NCBI RefSeq assembly: GCF_024521635.1
Contig: NW_026250425.1
Coordinates: forward strand, 1-64,000
Origin: Tricharina praecox
Lineage: Eukaryota
Reading direction: 5' to 3'
Length of the DNA stretch: 64,000 nucleotides
Of this stretch, positions 36,458 to 47,314 are shown in pieces. The translations under genes were made by a program, and so were the position numbers. Numbering within the stretch: the stretch's first letter is position 1; every line of letters starts with the position of its first letter. The notes below the pieces were generated by a model that was given only the letters and a program-made list of their open reading frames with translations, did no database searches and was not told the origin of the DNA.

Positions 36458-38858
36458 TACTTTAGCATACTAGTGATAGTTACACACGTGCACACGGATA
36501 TGGACGTATCACCCGTTAGTCACGAGTAGTTCCTGGATGGTTAGCATCGGCACGGTCGAATACCGTATGCAGATATGCAGATGGTGAGAACCAAAAAGAA
36601 AGAAAGATAGAAAGAAAAAGAAAAGAAAAAGAACTTTTCACACATGTGAGGGGCAAGCTTGAAGCCGTCGGTCATTTCCCAAAGCCACTCTGTATCTAGT
36701 TAGGGCCGGGGCTCCGTCAGATTCCAAACGATCGATTTCCCTCTTTCTGTGCATTGATATCGCACGGGATCTGCCGGCTGAGTGTGATATCGTTTCGTCG
36801 CGCTATCGTCCAATGTGCGGATCATCATTGGCGGGCACTGGGCAATGGCACGACTTGGCACGACGTCCTGACCAGTGACCACGGGTGACGGTGAGCGCTG
36901 AGCGATCCTCGAGTGTGTCCATCATTGGACCAGCCGGAAGTCTTAGATATTTTGAAGTTCTAACAGACGGACGCAGATCCACGCCCATCCACCTCCTGTT
37001 GTACAAGTACGTAATCCAGCCCCCTCCGTGCGGGAGTAGCAGCGTATCGATCGCTAAAAGCACAAGTGCGCACTCGTCACACCGCCGTCGGGGGTAGTTA
37101 CTATCCATGCGACCAATTTGTGCACCGTCGAGGTGACGGTGCAAGAAAAATGCAAGGGATTTCGGAGGGATTTCGGGGCGCTTAAGCCTTAATGAAAGGT
37201 TTAAGGGACGGACGTGTCAGAGTTCAGCCGAGCACGGCTCGCACCGCTGTTGACTAGGTACCTGTAACCTACATACATACATCGGTACCTAGTATCCGAC
37301 CCTTTTCAGTCTGCTTGGCAGTGGGGGAGCTCAGCTGAAGGATTGTGAATGCCTGCCAGTGATCGGTCTCTGGTTGGGAGGATTGGGAGGGGAGGGGAGA
37401 GGAACTCAACCGACGAGCGTTGAGCGTCGAGCGTCGCTGTCTCAATGTCTCACAGCCGCAGATGTATATCAGGCAGGCAGCAGGCGTCCACCAGCACCTG
37501 GGTATGTAATTACCTAATACAGGATTACCCAACCAATACGCTGAAGTATGTAGAGGGGATTCACTCCTCTTCTCGGCTCCGAAATCGAAGATTCGAATCG
37601 AAATACGAACTCGAGAGACGGCCGTGGTTGGGCGTGGTTGGGTCCGACGCCGGAGCGCGCGGCTCGACGGGATGAATTCTGTAGGATTAGGAGTGGAAAT
37701 GTTCATCTCGACTGTCGCCGTGGATAAATATTTATCTAATAAAAAAGTAAAAAAGCCCTTCTTTGGCTCCCTCGCCGGATGCGGATTCTTGCAGCGCATT
37801 GCAGCGCACACCGAGGCGGTCAACGAGTGGCAGTGGTGGATCGAGCATTCATCGTCCATACCACTGACTACTCTTCTAGCACTGTTGTTACGGTGCTATG
37901 GAATACGAGGGGAATGCTTGGTACTGGTTCCAGAGTCATCGCATTCTACGAACACATGCGGAAAGGAGACCGCACAGTCGACGGCGTTTATGAGAGTGGC
38001 TGTCGCTTGGGTTTCAGGGTTTCGATTGGCTGGTTCCAATTGTAGAGTGAGTGCGCGCCGGTGTTTGTAGGAGCACATCCAGCCCGCCTTGTAGAGCAAC
38101 TACTGAGCTGTAACTAAATTTTACCCGTTCGGGTGGGTGGGTGACAGTGACAGTTGGCAATTGCGAGCAGCAACCTTATTACCTATTACCCACAGTACAT
38201 ATCAAACACTAGAATGCGCTGTGCGGGGCTGCATGTCATCACGAATGAGCACCATCAACCAGTGGTGTTTACAGTGTACTACTTACCGGCGGGTAGTCAT
38301 GTACAGATGTGGAGTACTGGCAGTCTGGCACTTGCCCCTCCTGGTCTGTGCTTCTACTCTAGTGCAGCATGTCTCACTTTGGCCGTCATGCTTACGGCGC
38401 GCTTCTGGTTGGCGAGGGTTCGGCCGCGATGACTATTAGTGCCGCGGATCGGCGCTGGGATTAGGGTTCCCGTTGACTGGACAGGCGGGGGGAACGGGGA
38501 GTAGCCTGTCGTCTAGGCGAACCGCGTCGACACCGGAACACGGCTCTAAGGCAACAGCTGTCGTACCGTGACATGTAACATTCACTACTTTTTTTTTTGA
38601 CAGTTTGGGGTTTGAACTGTGAAGAAATCTCAAGATGTGTGTAAGTTAATGGTTACAATAGAGCAGATATTCATCTGGCACAGGTAACGCGCACTTGAAC
38701 ATGTGAGAGAGAGCCATATAATTAATGCATCCAGATTCCACACCCGTCAACCCGAACCCGTCAACCCGTAAATCCGTAATCATCCAAAAAATCGTCATCC
38801 ATAACCATTAGCGACCCATTCACTCGGTCTTGCCGTATCATTACATTCCCTTCCCTCC

Positions 38859-40046
38859 TTAAATCCTGACGGCACCGCGAGGCTTGTAGTGATGTTTGGT
38901 CGGCTCGGGTTTATGCTCCTTCTCCTTGACCGGCGTGGGCGCGGCGGGAGCCTTGTACTCCACCTTCTTCTTATCATCCTTTCCTTCGCCGCAGTAATCC
39001 AGCGGCTGTAACGCGCAGCCATTAGTCTATGTACTAATCCGGACGGGAAAACAAAACGTACCTTCTCGATGACATGCACGACACCATTCTTGATAGAGAT
39101 GTCGGACTTGATGATTCGGACACCGTTGACGTAGAACGACCCTTCGGAGAATGTCATGGTCAGCGTGGTGCCGGCGTCGCTCCGGTGCGGGCTCTGGTCG
39201 AATAGCTCGGGGAGGAAAAAGAAGCCGTCGCTGATGGTGTGCGCATCCACGTCGATCGTGTCGTCGCCGTGCAAAGAACTGTTCGCTGGCGCGAAAATGG
39301 TCACGCCAGGTGTGTTGTCGAGCTTGTCCTCCCGCCCCGCTGCGGTGATCGCCGCGTGGAACGTGTCCAGACCAAGCGTTTGCAGCGTCTCGGGCAGTGG
39401 GCGTGGCAGGGTGGGGAAACTTTATTTTTTTGCCACTGCTGTCAGCTAACTAACTTGGGAAGACTCCGGATCGGGCATTGGAGGTTGGGGTGGGGGCTCA
39501 CTTGGTGACTCCGTAGATCAGGCCCTTGTCGTACTTGAACGGGCCCGAGAACTGCGTGATGACCGTGCCCAATCCCGTCGTGATCTGGATATTTGCCTGG
39601 TCCGATCCTGGCGGCGAGTCGGTGTAGCTACGGACGTATCTGCCGGGTTGTCCGGGACCCAAGTTAACGAAGGTGGGGTCCTCAAGGAATGTCCGCAGGG
39701 TCATGAAGTTGCTGGCAGCATTCCCGCCAGCCTGCCGCTTGGAAATGCCGCTGGTTGGCGGCTTGCCGTCGTGGCTGATGCTCGCGCTGACTTCCACTTC
39801 CGATTGGCGTCGGACAAGGCGTGGGCTCGAAGTAGCGGAATCGGGCGATGTCACATATTTGTTCGGAACCGCCCACACTGTGATGTCGTTGCGGTCCTGG
39901 AGCCGAGCCAGCAGCGCCGGGTACGCCTGGAGGTTCGCGGCGTACTCGGTGAATCCCCGGGTGACAAGGACGTCGATGAGTGGTTGGCCGTAGACGAGAG
40001 GTAGAGAGAAGCAGGCAGCGGAAACGAAGAGGGATGTGATCTTCAT
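38859..40046 (-). CDS. Secreted fasciclin (FAS1) domain protein with two FAS1 repeats, ~349 aa
   Basis: Exons 40046-39502, 39419-39062, 39005-38859. Signal peptide MKITSLFVSAACFSLPLVYG; H1 motifs ITVWAVPN and VTIFAPAN; H2 motifs GLIYGV and NGVVHVIEK; charged Lys/Pro C-terminal tail. Confidence 0.88.
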
Positions 40047-41989
40047 CTTGAATGCTCAATTCGATCGATGGGAAAAGATATGACGGACGGACCGGGGAAT
40101 CAGTAGAATGCGAGTGGGTAGTATATAGTGTGAGACAACACTACAGTTTCAACTTCAGGGCAACCACTTCTTGTCTTGTAACAGGAATTGAATGCTGAGT
40201 TCAACGACGAAAGGGAATACTGCAACTATTAAGTAGTAGCTAGCCTCCGCCTGGCCGCCAGGCCGCCGGACATCAGCCGTACGTTCATGCATCGCATCGA
40301 AACCAATCCGTATGTCAGTGACAGTACGAGTCGATTCTCGGTACATTGCTCAACGCTGCGTGGTACCAGTCGACCAACGTCATAGCCGGTATTTCTGGCT
40401 ACTTGGAGCTCCATAGGATCCATAGTAGGGACCTACAATCTCCCGAGCGGCATCTCCGTTTCTGTTCGTACGTACAAGATGACTTCCAAGACAACGAGTG
40501 CAGTGCTGTAAGACATGTCACTGCAGCTGAGAACGTTCTTCAGCATACAGATTCCAGTGGGCTAGGGTAGGTGGCATCGGCGCCGCGCGGCTGACTCGAC
40601 TCGACCAGATGGGCTCAGAAATCGTCTTCGCCAGCCCTCCAGTTCAGTTCACCAAACACGGAAAGACCCGACTCGACGGAGCCTCGCCTTGAATACCCAC
40701 GTATGTCTCATTCATTCATGAGCCTCACAGTTCGTTCGAGGATAGGTCCGAGAGGTCCGAGAGGTCCAACAAATCGCTCACAATTTCAGTCTGCATTTGA
40801 AAGCACAGTACGGCTGAGGGCCGGGGGAGAACCGGAGGAGGAGGAGGAAGAAATAGTTGGCGGAATTATAGATATTAGCCCATCTATTATTCAAGCTCGT
40901 GCATGGGGGCGAATGGGAGGTGGGGGAAACTGCAGCGTTTGCGGGTGGGTTATTGGCTGCCCAATTGCAGTGCAGCTGGTCATATGCAGGCAGCTCCGAA
41001 ACCTAGTAGCTGCCTGTCCACCCAGTAATCGGCTACGTTGTGGCATGCGCTTTCAATTTGAAGGAATTCTAAGGTCATGCTGGGGCGGTGTGCTCGATGA
41101 TCGCAGCTCCAACCACAGCAAGGCTCACGCAGTATGGTGCTACTACCGGTATCGGAGTACCTAGTCAATACCGGCTGTGCGAAAGTCCGAGCTGCTACCT
41201 GTACGGGTAGTACCGGCTGTGCGAAAGGTGTATGGGGAATTTTATCGCAGCGACAAGTTTGTCCAAGTAGTTACTAATACCTCTTTCCGTAGATTGTGGA
41301 ATGGATACGGCGAGCACTGAGCTGGCTTTTCCGAGACATGCATACATACCAGGCGGGGTTTCCAATGTAAAATATGCAATCAACCTCGTATGTCCAGCAT
41401 CTTCCAATGAGTCTTCAGCCTTCAGGTAGAGACTCGAGAGTCCTACATACCGCTGGGAAAGAAACGAGCACATGCGTGCGGCTGAGCCTCAGGCCTAGCA
41501 CCGGCCTTGGGAGAGCTGATTCCGCCACAACGCTGATCGTGCTGGGGTGCTTCCTGGCATTGCTGTAGCAGCTCCAGACGACGAGATCACCGTTGCCTAT
41601 TGCTCTAGCTATATTATAGTAGTAATAACAATACTCGCCGAGAAATTGGGGCTAGCATTAGGCCGACGCCTGTCTATCTTGAAGGATCACCCATCCGCAG
41701 TACGCATCTACTGGTATATTAGTGGAGACCTGCATTGTGCCCCGTATTTTGGGAATCGTACCGTACAGAAGATTAAGGTGTAACAACCTTTTTCCTTTCG
41801 CTCCGGTTTCTCGACGCCGCCGCATCTCATCTTTCCTCACACCTGTAAGCCACCATCCACTCTGTGCTTGTTTCCGGGGAGAATAGGAGGAGGTTTCATT
41901 ATTAACATGCCAGCAAGCCGAAGAGTACCACCATCACCACCACCTTTCGGGCCATATCCTCGGCGTTCTCACCTCGGAATATCACAACG

Positions 41990-44041
41990 ATGGATTTCTA
42001 CGTCGAACCGGCCGGCCAGGCATTCCTTACCGATCGACTTTCAACATTCCTAATAGCTCGGCCAGCGCCAGACGGCCGGATGACGAGAGTTATCGCGGTC
42101 AGCAGTCAAGAAGCCACAAACTGGATCGTCGCCTATGCTATTCTGGTCAGCATGATCTTCGTCGCGCTTGCGAAGTTGACCACCAGCATGGCGCTCGCGA
42201 ACTTTCCGCTCGGAAGTAGAGGAAATCAGTATGTCATGCTGGTGTCCTTCTACAACGCCAACTCCCCCACCACGGCCGTCACGCAGACCATAAACTATAT
42301 CCGCCAGGCGCTCTTCAATTGTCGCCGAGGATCCAAGTGGGCGGTCGACTGGCCGACTGTTCGCTCCGGGCTCTGCCTCGTGGCCGTATCCCTCTTGATG
42401 ATCGGAGGCAGCGCAGCGGCCAAGTTCCTCGTCAGCGGAAACCAGCTCATCGTTAGACGTGCAGCAAGAGCAAACCCGAATGTGATGTTCTATCCCGACC
42501 TCGCATCATCACGTGAAAGTTCGGACCAGTGGGTGACTGTTCAGCCAGTCAGGGCTGGTGCAGCTTTCCAAGCCCTCGGAAGAGTCGCCGCCTCGCAATC
42601 AAGAGTCCAAGAAGTAGTCCACATTTCATCCGATATCGCCAACACCACCGACGGACCGTCTTTGTCGTTCCAGTGGAGCTATGCCATTACCGGCGAGGAC
42701 ATGGGGTTGCAGCGGGCTCCGAACCTGAAATATTCGGTCACCGGACAATGCCGCACCCGATACGACTGGCTCAATACAACACTACCGAGATTCGACGTCT
42801 ATCCACTTTTCGGAATACGCGGCTACGACGACGCCACCACGCTCGCCGACGGTGCAAACGGGATTCCAGGATGGGTCAACACGTTTCCGCACCCCAACGG
42901 ATTGAACCTGAGCAGGGCTGCGGACCACGGCTACGAGTTTGCCATGGTTCCAAACACCGTCTACCGCTCAACCAACCTGGAGAATACCGACGATATCTGG
43001 TACATGACCGAGGACAATCCAGATTACATCCCGCCGAACGGCACGAACCAGGTCGTGGAGATATCGCCGTATCGCGTGCGGCGTGGCCGGCCGGCGCTCC
43101 AATGCTGGCAGAACGACACCTGGTCGCTCGGCGCCAACTCGGTCTATTTCGTGGAAGATCTCAAGGACCTTCCGGGGTTGCAGCTGTCTCCATTCCTGCG
43201 CGACATCGTGTTCGCACGCGAGTTCGGTTCCCCTCCATTGATCCAGATCGGAAACAATCTCGGCTTCGCGCGTCTCCAGTCGTCGCTGTATACCAACGCC
43301 AACAGGCGCAACTTCAACGCGCATTACTCCAACACCACCAGGGATCTGGAACGGCTCGTCCAGATCAGCTTCGTGTCGTCGCGTGAGGTCGTCCGCAATC
43401 TGGTCATGCTCTACAGCTCCCTCGCTAGCCAGGCGGAGGTAAGGAATGTGGCGGCGGACGACAATGGACAGGTGCCGTATGACAACGCGGATTTTATCGT
43501 CGAGAGTCACGACGTGGCGGCAATGTCGGTCCTGACGCTGACCATCACGCCGTGTGTGTGCGCCTTGCTCTGGATCATCGTGCTCATCCGTGGAAAGATG
43601 GATTACTCCCGTGCGAAGGCCAGGAACGATGGCGCCAAATCTCGGCACAATCTCCGTGCCATTGCACTCCAGGCATCGCAGCTCTACCGATACCTGGACG
43701 AGGTGTTGGCGAACGAAGGAGAACCCCGATGGTCAGGCAGAACTTCGATGACGCCGTTCGTCAAGGCTCTTCCGGATCCTGGCGGCTCATCGGAAGCCGA
43801 GCACAGGTCGCCCTTCGTACAGCCGAAGCTCGTCAAGATCCAGAACACTAATCTGCCATCATCTCCGAACGAAAAGCAAGGCGCTGCAAGCGTTGCACAA
43901 ACAACGCCGCGCTCATTCTGGTCGAAGCTGATGTTCTGGAAGACGGATGAAAATACCCCCGCGTACGAGATTAGGATGACGCACCAGTGGGAGGAAGTGA
44001 ATCTGACCTTTGGTGATGTGCTGAAGGATTTAACCATGTGA
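41990..44041 (+). CDS. Uncharacterised membrane protein with a large predicted lumenal/extracellular domain, 683 aa
   Basis: Uninterrupted 683-codon ORF. Two N-terminal hydrophobic helices and one near residue ~520; many N-x-S/T sequons between them. Divergent from the FAS1 gene. Confidence 0.85.
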   Translation: MDFYVEPAGQAFLTDRLSTFLIARPAPDGRMTRVIAVSSQEATNWIVAYAILVSMIFVALAKLTTSMALANFPLGSRGNQYVMLVSFYNANSPTTAVTQTINYIRQALFNCRRGSKWAVDWPTVRSGLCLVAVSLLMIGGSAAAKFLVSGNQLIVRRAARANPNVMFYPDLASSRESSDQWVTVQPVRAGAAFQALGRVAASQSRVQEVVHISSDIANTTDGPSLSFQWSYAITGEDMGLQRAPNLKYSVTGQCRTRYDWLNTTLPRFDVYPLFGIRGYDDATTLADGANGIPGWVNTFPHPNGLNLSRAADHGYEFAMVPNTVYRSTNLENTDDIWYMTEDNPDYIPPNGTNQVVEISPYRVRRGRPALQCWQNDTWSLGANSVYFVEDLKDLPGLQLSPFLRDIVFAREFGSPPLIQIGNNLGFARLQSSLYTNANRRNFNAHYSNTTRDLERLVQISFVSSREVVRNLVMLYSSLASQAEVRNVAADDNGQVPYDNADFIVESHDVAAMSVLTLTITPCVCALLWIIVLIRGKMDYSRAKARNDGAKSRHNLRAIALQASQLYRYLDEVLANEGEPRWSGRTSMTPFVKALPDPGGSSEAEHRSPFVQPKLVKIQNTNLPSSPNEKQGAASVAQTTPRSFWSKLMFWKTDENTPAYEIRMTHQWEEVNLTFGDVLKDLTM

Positions 44042-45237
44042 CCCTATGTGATGTAAGAATTCCTTGGCTCGCACCTCCCTACCAGAGCATCCACTCACGA
44101 CTGCACTACAGACGATTTTCCTCGCCCCTCAACTCTGCGTCTCTTTGGAGGGATTGTTCGCCGAAGAATTAGTACTTGTTTCTCTGTAATTGTGTGGTGG
44201 CTTTCATTTTCTGTTTCTTTTTTCGTGTTTGGATTTACTTAATAGCTGCGACGAATAGCGTATCTACGAAGGTGGATGGAGGGTGTATGGGTATGGTGTC
44301 GGTGTTTTTTTTGGGCGATTGATTCGAAGGACTCGGAGGGCATATTGTTTTTTCTTTGTTGTCATGGGCATCTCATTCCCCGTATTACTATGTTCCAATG
44401 TAGCGAGTAGGTACTCTAGTGATGTCGGTTTAATGAAGGACAAATCAATTGACGTCTTCGAGAACATGCACTTGGTGAGCACGCACTCCAGCATGGGATA
44501 CAAGCATGGGATGGCCCAGTGTCTGACTCCCAAGGAATGTAGCGGTGGTCTCGCCTCGAGCTGGGCGTTCATCCTTTCACACAGTCTCTGGTATCTAGGT
44601 AAGAAGAGTCGCAATTCCGCAGTGGCCGTATCAACGCAATGAAATGCATGGCGGAAATTCGATATCACAATGTCTCAGAAGCCCGGGCCATGCAGACTAG
44701 ACTACTAGGTAGCGCATCAAGAAGTAGTAGTGTCGTTCGTACATACCTAGAATAGGGTGATGTATCATGATCCCCATCGAATTTCGATCGCCACGACGTC
44801 GAATAGTACAGCAGCCCTGCCTCTCCCAGCACCTCCCCATCCCAGCCATCGACGGCACATCAGTTTCCAACACTCATCCTATGCGCGTGGTACTTTCGGT
44901 CTCCAGGTCCCGGGATTCGGACAATTACGAAGCCATCTGGAAGAAAGACTTCAATGGAGCAGCGGCCTCAGCGAGATCTAATTATCAGTAAGATAAGGCG
45001 AAAAATGGCTGGTTCGCCCACATCTTGTCGGAGCAACTTGGCGTCCGGCATCCACTAAGGGCCGAAGACTGAGGTGACAGCGGCACTGTTGTTACCTAGT
45101 CTGGTGTCGGTGGGCGTAAGTACAAGCTCATAAAATGATGGTCTCTAGTGGGAAAGATGAAGGGGGAGGGGCGACCTGAGTTCATGGTGCGGTAGAAGTC
45201 TAACCGCGAGGCTAGACAAGAAAACTCGCCATACGTA

Positions 45238-45323
45238 CTGTATAGTGAGGGGGGGGCTGGAATACGCTTTTTTGCGTACCAGTACGGTCAAATATCGTAT
45301 TTTTTACCCCATTCACTATACAG
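45238..45323. mobile_element. 86-bp foldback / miniature inverted-repeat element flanked by TA
   Basis: TA|CTGTATAGTGA ... TCACTATACAG|TA, with further internal pairing (GGGG/CCCC, AATACG/CGTATT, CGTAC/GTACG). Confidence 0.65.
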
Positions 45324-47314
45324 TATGTACTGACAACCGATGGCAAACCGACCGGGGTAGTTCCTCTTACCTACTGGCTGGCTACCGGGACGCCCGGCGG
45401 AAGTCCGAGTTGCGCATAAAGCGAACAGCGCTGGCGAATACATCCCCGCCTCAGATCAGGCTGTTCTCCGACCAACCATCATTACCCGCTCCATCATAAA
45501 TATGAGGAAATGTAAAAGAGGTTATTGGCTTTGCGTTCCATGTATCCGTCGACAATTCCACTGCGATTGCCATGTAATACGTGGAACCGCCGCCGCCGCC
45601 AAGAGACCGATCTTCGCGGGGTGGACCGTGCGTATACGATGTGTGGGCTACGTTGGAGCTTGACCGATGTCCACTGACAAACAACTCCGAGCGAAGGGGA
45701 ATACGTGCTCCGGCACAAAGCTTCCGGTGATAGCCATCGCTGAATAGGTATGCCCTCCAAACGTCATGAAAGCCCCTCTTTCAGCATTCTGCGCTAAGCA
45801 GTGATTGCAAATGACACAGATTCCAATAGTTCCGCCTAGTCGAGCCCATTCAGAGACGATCATACGGATTGTGCTTCTAGAAAAACCCTCACCGCTGAGC
45901 TGTGCCGAGAGAGCGAAGCAGGTGCAGCTCTCGATTAGGTCGGCCGAGTCGATACATAGACCCAGTTGAGGGCTTGTAGGGAAGTGAACTTTCGGTTGGG
46001 CTGGACAGCTGTAAGACATCGAGTAGAGGGGGGAGATCCGTCACCTTGCCCTCACTAACCATACGGTTATGGGGAAGCTGGGCGCGAATCAAACAACCCC
46101 ATCACCGCAGTGAAGGTCATGTGAATCCGAGTATCGGTCGATATACATATAGAGCCCGATTCATCGCGAACCGTCTGAGTGGAACCACTCCAATGGCAGC
46201 AGCTTTAGCGATATCGCCCCAGCCTGACTCCAACAGTACAGGGTCATTACTGACTGCCATACTCCGATTGGGATTCTGGTGAGCCACGACATAGCGCCTA
46301 GTCTCGACGACGGATACCGACTGTGTATCGTAGAACGGACCCTGACCCGCACCCACCTGGGAATTACGCACGGCCGGGGGCTAGATACCCGGAGTGATCA
46401 TCATCATCCACCTGTGCGAAGCGAGAAAATTTGACTTGGCCGAATTCCCAATTGCTCACTGGCACAGCGGGGAAAGCAACCAACTAGCTGGCACCCCACC
46501 CTGGCAATCGACACGAAAGCATAGTCCGGTAGTTTGTTAGCCATAAGCCCTGCCGATAACTAACGAGGATCAACCAGTCGGTATTCACGCGGTGAGACAT
46601 ACATGCATGCGAGTGGCAGGCCGTGACCGTGTCGTCGCCCATCCCAGAAAATGGCGCTGAGCAGCACGCTGAGTCGATTTCCTTTCTCTGTCACTGGAAA
46701 TCATGCGGGTGGCTTCTGGGGCGGGCTGGCAATTCTGTGATTTCTTTGCGTCATACTTTTGCATTCTTCCGACCATGACAATCTACGAACGCACGTATCA
46801 CACCCAGTCCTAACCCTCGAGTAGTAGTAGTAGCGTCGCCGCAGCCGACAACTGACCCGACAGGTGAACCTCATCCCCCGCAGCGTTTGCGCCCATTGGT
46901 CTCCATCGTTTAAACGACCAGCAGATAACAGACACTCGAGTGATGGTGTGTCACGACACGACATCTGAAATTGCCAGCGAATTCTGTTGTGCCTTTCGCC
47001 GCCACTGTCTGCTTTCCGGTAATGGGCATGGCACTGCGGTGCGTTAGTCATGGAGACAAGCTCGACGCTCCTCTAGATATCGACGCGAACCCGCATTCTC
47101 TGGGCGGTCTCGGCGCTGCAAGTCGCCATTCGAATATGCCGGGGTGATGATTAGGGCCCTATATCATCGGGTATGCCCAGACTGTCTTCACTACCAGACT
47201 ATTATCCAGAACTTGGCCCATCCATACCATCACGGACTCCACAGAACCCAACCGGTCCCCACTCAAACCTACATAGGTTCACGGAGAGAAAACAAACCAC
47301 CCCCAGCATTCGCA

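Noticed and set aside
37723..37736. 14-bp palindrome GATAAATATTTATC with inverted GATA sites
   Set aside because: Palindromes of this length are expected by chance in 64 kb, and it is far from any start codon.
44264..44668. 134-aa minus ORF overlapped by a 119-aa plus ORF
   Set aside because: No recognisable motif, ATG start or exon structure.
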